Below, in pieces: positions 28,658-37,901 of a DNA stretch of 64,000 nucleotides. The translations under genes were made by a program, and so were the position numbers. The notes under the pieces were generated by a model. It had not been told where the DNA came from. It did no database searches and was given only the letters and a program-made list of their open reading frames with translations. The stretch comes from a virus. The stretch covers positions 3,783 to 67,782 of the IMG/VR virus record IMGVR_UViG_3300026519_000011, one strand, 5' to 3'. The first letter of the stretch is position 1; every line of letters begins with the position of its first letter.

Positions 28658-31396
28658 ATGTTCTGGCTCACCAAATTAGCAATATCGCTTGTCATATCCT
28701 ACCTGTCCTCAGAATTTTTCGGTCCATCAGAACAGAAGCGAAGTGGTTCTGAGGATGCTAACTCACTCGATCAGAGCGAAGTACCCACCGCAGAAATGGG
28801 CAAGACTATCCCTGTGGTGTTCGGTAGTCGCTGGATAACCTCGCCTAACGTAGTGTTCTGGCGTAAGTCAAAGACGGAGAATGTAGGGGCTTACCGAAAG
28901 CATTTTGTGGATATGCACATGGCGGTGTGCCACGGTCCCGTAGATGCCGTAAGGAATATAGGCATAGACAAGAAGCTACCTGTGATGACAGCTCCTGTCA
29001 CGCCTCAGGAGTTATTGGCTAAGCCTTCTAAGCTAAGCGTTACCATGTCTTACGTTGCTGAAGATAATTCAATATCAAAAACTACCTTGGCTACATGGGC
29101 TGAACCTACGTTTAAAGAGGTTGCAGGTCCTTTAGTAAATGATGGAGGTGGAAATAATTCCCGTACTTACCTCGTAAGCCTTCATGACCTAGCTACTTCC
29201 GAAGGTTATACCTTCCAGAAACTCCCTATCTCAACTACCCCTTATTCAGTAACAGTTGATGGGGCGTTCACCATTTTCAGTGCGTTCTCTAGGGTACTTA
29301 CCGAAGACGAGTGGGATTCTATAGCAAACGACTCTTCAGGCAGTCTGCCTTTGGGTTTAACCTTGGACGCACCCGGTGCTATACAATCGGCGCTTAACCT
29401 TCCTGCGATTAAAGGGGGCAAGGACGGGGAGATAACGATAAAAGTAGAGGTAGACGGTAAGACTGTAGCGTCTAAAGCCATATTCGTAAGGGATGCTTAT
29501 CTGCCTGGTTTTTTAACCGAAGATCTGATGCCTTCAGACGTTATCCACGCACTGACCAGAGCTGGAGCAAGTATAAGACACGTAGGTGAAACTTACCCAG
29601 ACGGTACTGTTAACCCTCTATTCACCATAAAGGCTCAGCTGGTGTTCGACGCCCCAGGAGTAGTGAGAAAAATAAGCTCCGGAAGCGAAGCGGAGTATGC
29701 TCACGTCACCCAGATCCTTGATTACCAGTTCGAGGAACTAGCGATGTTCCTATCCAGCAACACCCTTGAAGACGTTAGTGGTGTAGTCCCTTTGGGTATG
29801 CCTACGCTGTTCGGTGGGTATAAAGAGGGAGGAGGAATAGAAGGGGAGTTGTGCGTAGTAAACGGGGATCAAGATACCAGCACAGAGGTCTCCAACACCT
29901 TGGATTGGTTGCACCTTACTTCCACCCAGTTTGGCGGTAAGCTACTTGACGACCGGTACGCTGCGGATTACGCCTCATTCCCTGCTTGCCGCTATCGCTC
30001 TGTGGTTAGCGCGATACTCAAAGACACCTACGTTGTGGCTAATGCAGGTAGCATACGTCCGTGGCATTTCGGGATAATGAGAAGCCCTAACACCTTGCCT
30101 GGTGCTGGAAACTACTCAAGAATAGGCATGAATGCTAATGCCGCTTGTGTGCTATATGAGGTGCTGACTAACAAAGATTGGGGAAAGGGATTTGATCCTA
30201 AGGACATACAAACCGATACCTTTGTGGCTGCCGCTAGGACGCTCCATGGGGAAGGGTTGGGAATATCCATTGTATGGAACAAGGCTACAACGGTAGATGA
30301 CTTCCTAGGAATCATAGCCAAGCACGCCTTTGGTACTTGGCGTGTGGATATTTTCGGCACAGGTAAAGTACAGTTCCATTTATTCCGAGACTATCAAGGG
30401 GACATATCAGACCTGCATGTTATCAACCCATTAAAAGTAGGTGTGTTTAAGCGAAAGGCATCCCATGAAGTAACTAATGAAGTACAGGTGAAGTGGAAAG
30501 AATACACCGACGTAGGTGATGTTGATCGAGTAGCGTATGCCAGAAACATGGCACATATTCATAGAAATAATGGGGCAGTCAATGCGACCACTATGGTGTT
30601 GGGAGGCATAGCGGATGAGAAATCTGCGAAGTACTTGGCGCAACTTAATTTAGACAGCGACGGATACCCTCTTGCTGTAATAGATTTTACAGAAGACCTT
30701 ATGTCAGGTAATTATCTTGTTGGTGACCATATCGTGGTTGACATACCTAAATATGTGAGTAAGCCTACCATATTCCGAGTTACCGACATCCGTACCGTGG
30801 ATACCCACAAGTCTGTGATAGCCATAGAGGACGTTTTCGTCTACACCTCTGGAGGTGTTTCAGGAGATCTTCAGGTAGTGCCTGTCGGTATTCTAGTAGG
30901 GGTAAAACCCACCACCTTCCGCATTAACCCTTTCAGAGGGTCTAAAGGGGAGTTCTTCCTGACATCAGTAAGTGGTGCAGACATATTTGCTTCTCTTGAG
31001 GACGGAATAATTTCGGTCACAGCCTCGATAAATAATATCGGGGATAAGCTAATCTCGTACCAAGGGGTAAACGCAGCAGGACTTGTGACAAGTGGGTATT
31101 TCACCGTGAATGTTCGCGACACTGCTTCGCATAATTTCTCTGTAACCCCTGAGTCAGTGTCGCTACCATCTGGAGGTTCCACTACCTTGTTGTTACCTGA
31201 TCCATCTACCGTTAGGGCGGTCAGGGTACATAAAGAAGTGCCAGAGGTGTCTTTGTCAATTCATGAAGAGGGCAGTGGAGTTAGTATATTTTCAGAGACC
31301 TCTGACTACAGCCAGTGGTCACCTCCTTACCAAGTATCCGTAGTGGTTAAGGACGTTTACAACGCCGAAGCAATCCTTAATATAACAATCAACTAA
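28658..31396 (+). CDS. Tail tip / central fibre protein (GTA-like)
   Basis: PTAEMGKTIPVVFGS...SPNVV...CHGPVD and MNANAACVLYEVLTNKDWG motifs. Confidence 0.82.
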   Translation: MFWLTKLAISLVISYLSSEFFGPSEQKRSGSEDANSLDQSEVPTAEMGKTIPVVFGSRWITSPNVVFWRKSKTENVGAYRKHFVDMHMAVCHGPVDAVRNIGIDKKLPVMTAPVTPQELLAKPSKLSVTMSYVAEDNSISKTTLATWAEPTFKEVAGPLVNDGGGNNSRTYLVSLHDLATSEGYTFQKLPISTTPYSVTVDGAFTIFSAFSRVLTEDEWDSIANDSSGSLPLGLTLDAPGAIQSALNLPAIKGGKDGEITIKVEVDGKTVASKAIFVRDAYLPGFLTEDLMPSDVIHALTRAGASIRHVGETYPDGTVNPLFTIKAQLVFDAPGVVRKISSGSEAEYAHVTQILDYQFEELAMFLSSNTLEDVSGVVPLGMPTLFGGYKEGGGIEGELCVVNGDQDTSTEVSNTLDWLHLTSTQFGGKLLDDRYAADYASFPACRYRSVVSAILKDTYVVANAGSIRPWHFGIMRSPNTLPGAGNYSRIGMNANAACVLYEVLTNKDWGKGFDPKDIQTDTFVAAARTLHGEGLGISIVWNKATTVDDFLGIIAKHAFGTWRVDIFGTGKVQFHLFRDYQGDISDLHVINPLKVGVFKRKASHEVTNEVQVKWKEYTDVGDVDRVAYARNMAHIHRNNGAVNATTMVLGGIADEKSAKYLAQLNLDSDGYPLAVIDFTEDLMSGNYLVGDHIVVDIPKYVSKPTIFRVTDIRTVDTHKSVIAIEDVFVYTSGGVSGDLQVVPVGILVGVKPTTFRINPFRGSKGEFFLTSVSGADIFASLEDGIISVTASINNIGDKLISYQGVNAAGLVTSGYFTVNVRDTASHNFSVTPESVSLPSGGSTTLLLPDPSTVRAVRVHKEVPEVSLSIHEEGSGVSIFSETSDYSQWSPPYQVSVVVKDVYNAEAILNITIN

Positions 31397-31401
31397 GAAC
31401 C

Positions 31402-31420
31402 GTTCATCACGGTGATGAAC
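31402..31420. repeat. 19-bp palindrome copy 4
   Basis: GTTCATCACGGTGATGAAC. Confidence 0.9.
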
Positions 31421-31514
31421 GGGATACTCACACACATTTGACTAATATTCGCTTTGCGAATGTAGCTTATATCCGCCATTTTCAAGAGGTGGATATAAGC
31501 TAAGAAATAAGTCC

Positions 31515-31533
31515 GTTCATCATGATGATGAAC
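31515..31533. repeat. 19-bp palindrome copy 5
   Basis: GTTCATCATGATGATGAAC. Confidence 0.9.
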
Positions 31534-31774
31534 GGAAAGAAGGGTAGAAAGATGAGTAAATACCCTTCGATGCGTTAGATTGGGAGCCTTAACGACTAAA
31601 AGGCGTTCCTACCTAAAACAGTTTAACGTGGGTAACTATTAATATACCTGTGCCCACGGCATGAACAACGGATGAGACCTCTACTGGGGGTGTCGGTATC
31701 CGAGATGAACCCGATCCCGTACAGTGAAACCCGCTTTCATGCTGTCAGTGTTTTTACCCACCGCTGACTGGGGC

Positions 31775-31800
31775 GACTATCGCGCCTCGGCGCGATAGTC
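31775..31800. terminator. Perfect GC-rich hairpin, probable terminator for one or both arms
   Basis: GACTATCGCGCC-TC-GGCGCGATAGTC, 10 nt from the helicase stop. Confidence 0.55.
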
Positions 31801-31809
31801 TTCACAACA

Positions 31810-33132
31810 TTATCTTTGAGCAATCACCACGTCTTTCCTTGACCGTGTTATGGCTACGTTTAACAAGTTTATCATATCAGGTGCGCGATGTTTAGGGTTC
31901 TGAATATCCACGCAATCCACGTACACCGTATGGTTATAGCTTTTACCTTGTGACTTGTGCGCGGTAATAGCATAGGTGTGTCTTAGGTTAGCCACACTGA
32001 GTCTGAACTGGTGGTACTTACGCCAATCGTAGCTACTTCCAGAGGATCTAGCGGTAGCCCTTAATACCGATAGCGCGGTCTCATAAGCCTTAACCCCTTC
32101 CTCATTAGGGACTAGACACACATAAGTCATCCCATCAAAATCAACATGGAGTGACCAGCATTTTATAGGGTGTTCCGGCATAATATCCATAGCCTGCTGA
32201 CTGTACTCAGAGTCACCTATTACTCGTATAATCCCTGTGGCGTTGGTGTTTACCTCAGTAAACCCATCACGTTGAAGAGGGCTTAACAGGGTAACCTCCT
32301 CACCTTCTAACCAATCAGGGCAATCCACACCGTGTAAGCCTCGTCTAGCTAAAGCATTCAACTGTCTGACTCTCACATTCGTGTAGGCTATAGCCACTAT
32401 GTTATGAGGCGTATACTCAGCACTAGACACGGCTCTTGCAAATGACTCATTAAATTTTTTCAAGCCCGTCACATAGATGTTCCCATGCTCGCTACGCTCC
32501 GGCTGAAATTCTATCGTGCCTCGATACCCCTCATCAATAAGCTCACGCAACTCTAAAGCTGTGGATAACACAGGAGAGTCCTTGTGCATCCTCATACTCT
32601 CCCTGAGTTCAAAACTAGGGTTAGTCAGGTACTCTTGAAAGAACGAAGAAATAGGGTTCTTAGGAGGTCGTAGCTGGTATCGGTCTCCCACCAATATGAA
32701 TAGTATATCGGGGAATAGCGACCGCATTTCTTGGAATCGCTTATACAGCCCATCCCCACACATCGACACTTCGTCAATAACTACTACCTTGTATTTTGCT
32801 AAAGACAGGGCGGAAGCAGCCACCGCAAACTGTTCCTCTCCTGAGTCCGTGACACGCATACCCGCTAGCTTGTAGATGGTCTGTACGTCTGACTTCTTGG
32901 GCAAGTCTAATGCCAACTGCTTACAAGCCTCATGCGTGGGTGCAGTGAAGACCGTGGAAGATAGTAACCCTAAACGTAATAGCAAGGTTTTAAGGCAGAA
33001 AGTCTTACCGAACCCTGCCGCCCCCTGTATGCCTACCACGCGAGACCCCTCATAATACGCCTCTACCGTGCCCTCCACGGCCTCTCGTTGAGATGGAGTT
33101 AATTTACTGATTAAGTCTTCAAGAGGTTCCAC
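31810..33132 (-). CDS. SF1B DNA helicase, Dda/RecD-like
   Basis: GAAGFGKT, TAPTH, DEVSM, GDRYQLRP, YAITAHKSQG and VAITR motifs. Confidence 0.93.
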   Translation of the reverse strand: MEPLEDLISKLTPSQREAVEGTVEAYYEGSRVVGIQGAAGFGKTFCLKTLLLRLGLLSSTVFTAPTHEACKQLALDLPKKSDVQTIYKLAGMRVTDSGEEQFAVAASALSLAKYKVVVIDEVSMCGDGLYKRFQEMRSLFPDILFILVGDRYQLRPPKNPISSFFQEYLTNPSFELRESMRMHKDSPVLSTALELRELIDEGYRGTIEFQPERSEHGNIYVTGLKKFNESFARAVSSAEYTPHNIVAIAYTNVRVRQLNALARRGLHGVDCPDWLEGEEVTLLSPLQRDGFTEVNTNATGIIRVIGDSEYSQQAMDIMPEHPIKCWSLHVDFDGMTYVCLVPNEEGVKAYETALSVLRATARSSGSSYDWRKYHQFRLSVANLRHTYAITAHKSQGKSYNHTVYVDCVDIQNPKHRAPDMINLLNVAITRSRKDVVIAQR

Positions 33133-36100
33133 GTAGTACCTCCTCCATTTTATCTTCTGAAACCTCAGCTATAACACCCAACTCCGTGCCTGTCTCCAGA
33201 CGGTTTTGGTGTAGAGTAAACTCAGCCACTTGGGGTATCTCATGACCCGGCGGGATTATGCTCATGCACTCGTCAATCTCTTTACAAAGAGGCATAAGTA
33301 TCTTTGGATCAGCGGGGCAGTTTACTACTATTTCATCGTAGATAGGGTAAAACACTTTACAGTTGTATCGCTCCCTAATGTCCCGTGCGTTAAAGTTATC
33401 GAGCGTCTCGTAAAGCACATGAGCGGCGGTACCTTGCATCTTAAAATTAAACGCAGTTCTGCCTGCTTTTCCCCGCAAGAACCTTGAGTTAAGTGTCCGT
33501 CTGCTGGGACGATATATAGCCCCATAAGCGTTTCTGACGTACCCTTTTTTATCTAGTTCAGCAACACATGCTTCCTGTCCTTCTCGTATTCTAGGGTACA
33601 TGGTATGCAGGTCATCGATGTACTCCTCAGCCTCCTCCAGAGGTACCAAGATATTACCTGATAAGGCGTGACCCGTACCCCCGAAAGCCACCGTAAAATT
33701 ACACGCCTTAGCTCGCTTCGAGCGACAGAATTGTGCGGCCTTTAGGTGTTCCTCCCCTGCCTCACCACTAGACCAAGCAAGGAATTGTGCGTAGTCCTGT
33801 ACCGATCTGACCACCCCTCCCCGCTTCATTTCCGTGAAGGTAATATCCTTCTCTACCTGTGGAAAGTACCCTCGATACACTTTTTCAGCAATGGCGGTAG
33901 CTGTTAAGGTGTGTACGTTCTTTTGGTCGTCCCCAAGGTAACAGGATTTTAGCCCTTCGTCACCTGTAACGTCCGCCATGATGCGTAACTCTTGATTGGC
34001 AAAGTCGATACTTAAAAAACACCTACCCTCTCCTGCGTAAAAAACATTACGAACCCCGCCCTTTCCTGGTAACTGTAAGAAGTTAGGGCTAGATCCTCCT
34101 GGTCTTCTTGTTACGGTATGGTTCACTCTGAACTGGGGGCGCATCCTATCGTCATGGTGTCGCCAATTCTTCCATGGGTGATAAAATAAGGAGAGCTTTG
34201 TGCTAGAAGTAGTATAGGTTAGAACGTCCTGTAACACCTCAGCCTTGCCACTCTCGTCGTCTTTTAAATCTACCGCAAGTGCTAGGGAGATGGCCTTGTC
34301 GTCAGTGGCAGGTGAGCCTGGTATCCTTGCCTTTTGACGGGATGAACCAGCACTAGGTTTTGACCTCATTCGTATAGGCAGACCTAGCATTCCGTACAGT
34401 AGATGTTGCTTTTGGGTAGGGCTAGCTAGAGAGCACTCAAAGCCTGACGTTCGTTTTGTAGGGGTTTTTGTGGTGTATTTTAGGCACAGCTCCTTGAATG
34501 TTTCCCACTCCTCTCCTGCCCGTTTCGCTGAGGCAAAGAAAGGAATGGCGGCAAGCATAGCTTCCACAAATTTGCTTTGCTCCTCTGTGTAAGTCTTCCC
34601 AAAGTATGTCCCATATAAATAAGTCTTAGTCATCTTTTCTGGCAGAGGTAAGGATAGGGCAGGCATAACGGTAGCCATAAATGTGGGTGAAGGGGTTACC
34701 GCCACCGGTATATCCTCCTCCACATATTCCACGTATTGCGTGTTGGTGAGGATTCCATCGTAAACCCTATCCATCTGGTCTGACAACTTCATCGGGTCAA
34801 TTTTCTTGTACTGACCTAGTTGTATCAGGTCGTCACGGATGGTGTCGAAGAAAGCGGATGCCCTTTTCTCATCCTGTTCAGTAGCGATACTTGCTAAGCC
34901 TTTGCGTATTTTAGGTAAGGTTTCTGCTAACACCTCTTCCGCTTCTTTAGTGAGCTTTTCCAGCATATTCCAGTCGGTTAACGTGCCCTCAATGTAAGCT
35001 TCGGCTAATTCTATCTGGGCTGATACAGTGTCTTGTAACAGGTGGTCCACATTCATGACTGCCGCTTTTATGCGTTGAAGAGCGAACAGGTGGGCGGTAA
35101 CCAGCGCATCATCTATACCGTATTGGAACACTTGATGGGCGGTAAGCTCTGCCATGTTGCTTACCCCTGCATGTTCCAGGGTCTCGGCGTAACTTGCTTG
35201 GTGATACCTAAGATGAGTCTTGGATTGGTGTTTAAGCCCAGAGGGTTCAGGGTGATCGAGTAAAGAGCAGACGGCGGCGGTGTCGTACAGCTTTTGCACG
35301 GGGAATAGTTTTGCGGGAATACCTACAGAGTTCCTGCTGACGACGTATTCAAAGGTGAGGTTGTGCGCCACTGATTTTTTGGTTTGGATATGATGGGATG
35401 CGAAGTCCCTGAACTCCTCAGCACTCCAGTTGTCGCTATCCTTGTGGTCAGTTGGAATATATACCACCCGATTGAGGTTGTACCCAGAACACCAAGACCC
35501 TCCCGTGATCTCTGAATCTATGGCTGATACAAAATTATCTACATGCCACTTGATGTCCGTTCGGTTAGTGGTCTCATAGTCGAATGCTACTAGATCTTCA
35601 GTATTTCCCGATAAGAATTTCAAGGTTTTTGCTTTCTGACCCCGCGAAGGTAAAACTGCTACTGTCAGCAATTTTACCTTCTCCTCCTTACCCATACGGA
35701 TGTTTAGTGACGCAAGATACTCGTCGGTTGATTCTCCTAGGGGAAGCGGTACACGTTTATCCCAAGCTATTCCTGCCGCGGCTCCTTCAGTTAGCCATTC
35801 TGGGTGCATTGAGGCTACCGTGTATGCAGTACGCCACCCCATGTAGTTATTGAATAGCGGCAGGAGTGAGTTATCCCCTGCGTTAGCTTCGACAGCTTCG
35901 GCGAAGTCTGCCTTAGATGTGACGCCCTTGGCGATGTCCTCCAGCTCTTCCAAGCCGTCCTCTCCAAAGTTCTTTAGCAAGTTAGCGAAAGCCTTAGCGC
36001 CCATACGAGGTACACCTTTTGTCTCGTTAGGTTTCCCTACGATAGACTTCCGTAACGTGGTGAACCTTGTGGGGAAATCTATACGCTCTTCCAATGGCGT

Positions 36101-36547
36101 ACCGTCAATATCCAGCACGGCGCAAGAGGCTGACTGTAGTTGGAGTAAGTCAGAGTCTTGCGTGTAGATCACACAAGTCCCTAGGTTGTTAGCGAGCAGG
36201 GAGATCAAGTCATCCGCGTCAGCTTTTAATTTTTCTGGTGAGCAAGTAACATACCCTAAGTTAGCCATAAGGTCTTGGCACTTGCGCAGGAATCTGTATC
36301 TGACAACTTTCTCGGCTTTCTTTACCGGGTCATCTGAAACGGGTTTGTAATCTGAAGATAACTTACGTCTACCCATGCCATTACCTTCCTTGTCGAAAAC
36401 TAGGATAGTGTTGTAAGGTGGTGCGTGGTTAAATTGTTTTAGTACTTCTAGGCAGTTGTTGAGACCGTCTTTCTTTACGTCCTCCGTGCCCTTCATTACT
36501 CTGGTGAATATGGCGGAGCCATCTACCACTTGGTACAGTGTGTCCAT
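33119..36547 (-). CDS. polA: Family A DNA polymerase with 5'-3' and 3'-5' exonuclease domains
   Basis: ADDLI/DSDLLQL (5' nuclease), FDYETT/HNLTFE/YGIDD (3' exo), DFANQELR motif A, KACNF motif B, IYDE motif C. Confidence 0.93.
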   Translation of the reverse strand: MDTLYQVVDGSAIFTRVMKGTEDVKKDGLNNCLEVLKQFNHAPPYNTILVFDKEGNGMGRRKLSSDYKPVSDDPVKKAEKVVRYRFLRKCQDLMANLGYVTCSPEKLKADADDLISLLANNLGTCVIYTQDSDLLQLQSASCAVLDIDGTPLEERIDFPTRFTTLRKSIVGKPNETKGVPRMGAKAFANLLKNFGEDGLEELEDIAKGVTSKADFAEAVEANAGDNSLLPLFNNYMGWRTAYTVASMHPEWLTEGAAAGIAWDKRVPLPLGESTDEYLASLNIRMGKEEKVKLLTVAVLPSRGQKAKTLKFLSGNTEDLVAFDYETTNRTDIKWHVDNFVSAIDSEITGGSWCSGYNLNRVVYIPTDHKDSDNWSAEEFRDFASHHIQTKKSVAHNLTFEYVVSRNSVGIPAKLFPVQKLYDTAAVCSLLDHPEPSGLKHQSKTHLRYHQASYAETLEHAGVSNMAELTAHQVFQYGIDDALVTAHLFALQRIKAAVMNVDHLLQDTVSAQIELAEAYIEGTLTDWNMLEKLTKEAEEVLAETLPKIRKGLASIATEQDEKRASAFFDTIRDDLIQLGQYKKIDPMKLSDQMDRVYDGILTNTQYVEYVEEDIPVAVTPSPTFMATVMPALSLPLPEKMTKTYLYGTYFGKTYTEEQSKFVEAMLAAIPFFASAKRAGEEWETFKELCLKYTTKTPTKRTSGFECSLASPTQKQHLLYGMLGLPIRMRSKPSAGSSRQKARIPGSPATDDKAISLALAVDLKDDESGKAEVLQDVLTYTTSSTKLSLFYHPWKNWRHHDDRMRPQFRVNHTVTRRPGGSSPNFLQLPGKGGVRNVFYAGEGRCFLSIDFANQELRIMADVTGDEGLKSCYLGDDQKNVHTLTATAIAEKVYRGYFPQVEKDITFTEMKRGGVVRSVQDYAQFLAWSSGEAGEEHLKAAQFCRSKRAKACNFTVAFGGTGHALSGNILVPLEEAEEYIDDLHTMYPRIREGQEACVAELDKKGYVRNAYGAIYRPSRRTLNSRFLRGKAGRTAFNFKMQGTAAHVLYETLDNFNARDIRERYNCKVFYPIYDEIVVNCPADPKILMPLCKEIDECMSIIPPGHEIPQVAEFTLHQNRLETGTELGVIAEVSEDKMEEVLRGTS

Positions 36548-36569
36548 CTTTATGTCCTCGGATAATTTG

Positions 36570-36612
36570 GTTCGTCAGGATGACGAGCGACCCGTTCATC
36601 ACCATGATGAAC
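36570..36612. repeat. 19-bp palindrome copies 6 and 7 (tandem, upstream of polA)
   Basis: GTTCGTCAGGATGACGAGC (36570) and GTTCATCACCATGATGAAC (36594). Confidence 0.9.
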
Positions 36613-36632
36613 GGGGCGGTACTACTTACTAC

Positions 36633-37385
36633 TTACTCAGCTCTAGGGCCAATAACTTTAAATGCCCAAGGGTAATAAGATATTCTGTCTTTATTAATCT
36701 TATCCCCTACAAACGCCTCTAGTAACACCTCAGAAGGGTGGTTTACAGTTACCTTCTTAGTGACTTGGTACATCATCAATGCACCTGCTACCTTACCTTT
36801 ACTAGCAGGAGGCACACTCAATGAAGCCATGCCAAGAGGCTTCTCGCCTTCTGTATCATTCTTGGTGTAGAGTACTACAGTGTAATCTGTGTACTCCTTA
36901 CGCTGGTGAGTCGCTCCATCCGCTTCGGCTAACGCAAGAATGTCGGCGATCTTATCCCCTGTGTGCGTAGTCTCAGCATCAACCATCACGTAGTAATCAC
37001 CTTCGTTATCCTTCGCACCTTCTGGTGTTATGGTGTACGACACACGACCTTTGTACGCTATGATGTTAAAGATGAACCCTTTAGATAGGTCTGCACCTTC
37101 CATTTCAAACGCCTGCTTTGAGATACCGTCCACAAACTCACTACCATCTAACACGATAACGGGGAACGACGTTCGGTCTAAGGTCATACCATCATTGCCA
37201 GTGTCTTCCCCGGCAGTTAGGAATGAGGTCATGTTCAAGTTAGAAATGTCCGAGGCGGCAGCAATACTTCTTGCCTCAGCTTCTGCGATAGCGACCGTTT
37301 GGTCCTGCTCTTCAGCAGCACCACCTGCTGGCGCTGGTCCTGATTTACTGCTTGTTTTTGGTGTGTCTTTCTTAGCTAAAGCCAT
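36633..37385 (-). CDS. Putative ssDNA-binding/replication protein
   Basis: Acidic 250-aa protein next to the polymerase, with its own strong promoter. Confidence 0.45.
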   Translation of the reverse strand: MALAKKDTPKTSSKSGPAPAGGAAEEQDQTVAIAEAEARSIAAASDISNLNMTSFLTAGEDTGNDGMTLDRTSFPVIVLDGSEFVDGISKQAFEMEGADLSKGFIFNIIAYKGRVSYTITPEGAKDNEGDYYVMVDAETTHTGDKIADILALAEADGATHQRKEYTDYTVVLYTKNDTEGEKPLGMASLSVPPASKGKVAGALMMYQVTKKVTVNHPSEVLLEAFVGDKINKDRISYYPWAFKVIGPRAE

Positions 37386-37439
37386 TATATTTTCCTTTAC
37401 AATTTACGTTATATTTTAAGTTAAGTTTATAGCCAGACC

Positions 37440-37458
37440 GTTCATCACGGTGACGAAC
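37440..37458. repeat. 19-bp palindrome copy 8
   Basis: GTTCATCACGGTGACGAAC, downstream of P3. Confidence 0.9.
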
Positions 37459-37503
37459 GAACAAGGTATGCCAATACCAAATCCTTTCTTCTAACTACCC
37501 CAC

Positions 37504-37539
37504 ATTATACCACATATTTAGTCAAATGTCAACCCCTAG
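37504..37539 (-). promoter_or_regulatory. Consensus sigma70 promoter P3
   Basis: Minus strand CTAGGGG-TTGACA-N17-TATAAT with extended -10 TG. Confidence 0.9.
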
Positions 37540-37891
37540 CGCCGTAGTTACGGTGATTAGAGGCTTTGATCAAGAACGTAGCTCGCGCTTCTATTCCCGC
37601 CAAAACCTCGGAAGCGTAGGTGTACTTGTCGTCATTAATGGCCTCGTAGAACAAGACGCCTAGCCTGAATAGTTCTTCGTCAGCAGGTCTTCTACCACCT
37701 TCTACCTTTTCTATCCCACTCTGAGACTCGCCACACGCACAAGAGACCCAATTACCGGACGCGCCTTTCTCCTCTGGGGTGAACCCGCCTACCTTACTCG
37801 CATTTAGTATTCTCAACCCCCATACGGTTTTGCTCAGCCCGTGGTTTGCTAGGGTTTTAATTACTTCATTGGTTTCGTCGGTGCGTAACAT
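37529..37891 (-). CDS. Hypothetical protein, 'WVxCACG' paralog family
   Basis: Clear similarity to 58602..59000. Confidence 0.7.
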   Translation of the reverse strand: MLRTDETNEVIKTLANHGLSKTVWGLRILNASKVGGFTPEEKGASGNWVSCACGESQSGIEKVEGGRRPADEELFRLGVLFYEAINDDKYTYASEVLAGIEARATFLIKASNHRNYGARG

Positions 37892-37901
37892 GACTATGTC
37901 T

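Larger units (their letters stand above)
31400..31800 (+). ncRNA. Candidate structured RNA / hairpin array between the converging arms
   Basis: About ten consecutive inverted repeats; the wobble pairs in three clean stems are G-U on the + strand. Confidence 0.45.

Noticed and set aside
14202-31182. Many antisense ORFs in the structural arm (and + strand ORFs in the replication arm)
   Set aside because: Shadow frames of long genes with no recognisable motifs.
21684-31396. Diversity-generating retroelement or invertible tail-fibre cassette
   Set aside because: No reverse transcriptase, recombinase or near-identical TR/VR pair was seen.
31666-31735. Hammerhead ribozyme (CGGATGAG...GAAAC)
   Set aside because: The core reads CGGAUGA, not CUGAUGA, and GAAA does not directly follow a stem II.
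33119-36547. DpoZ / modified-base (Z-DNA) system
   Set aside because: No PurZ, dATPase or other base-modification gene is recognisable in the window.
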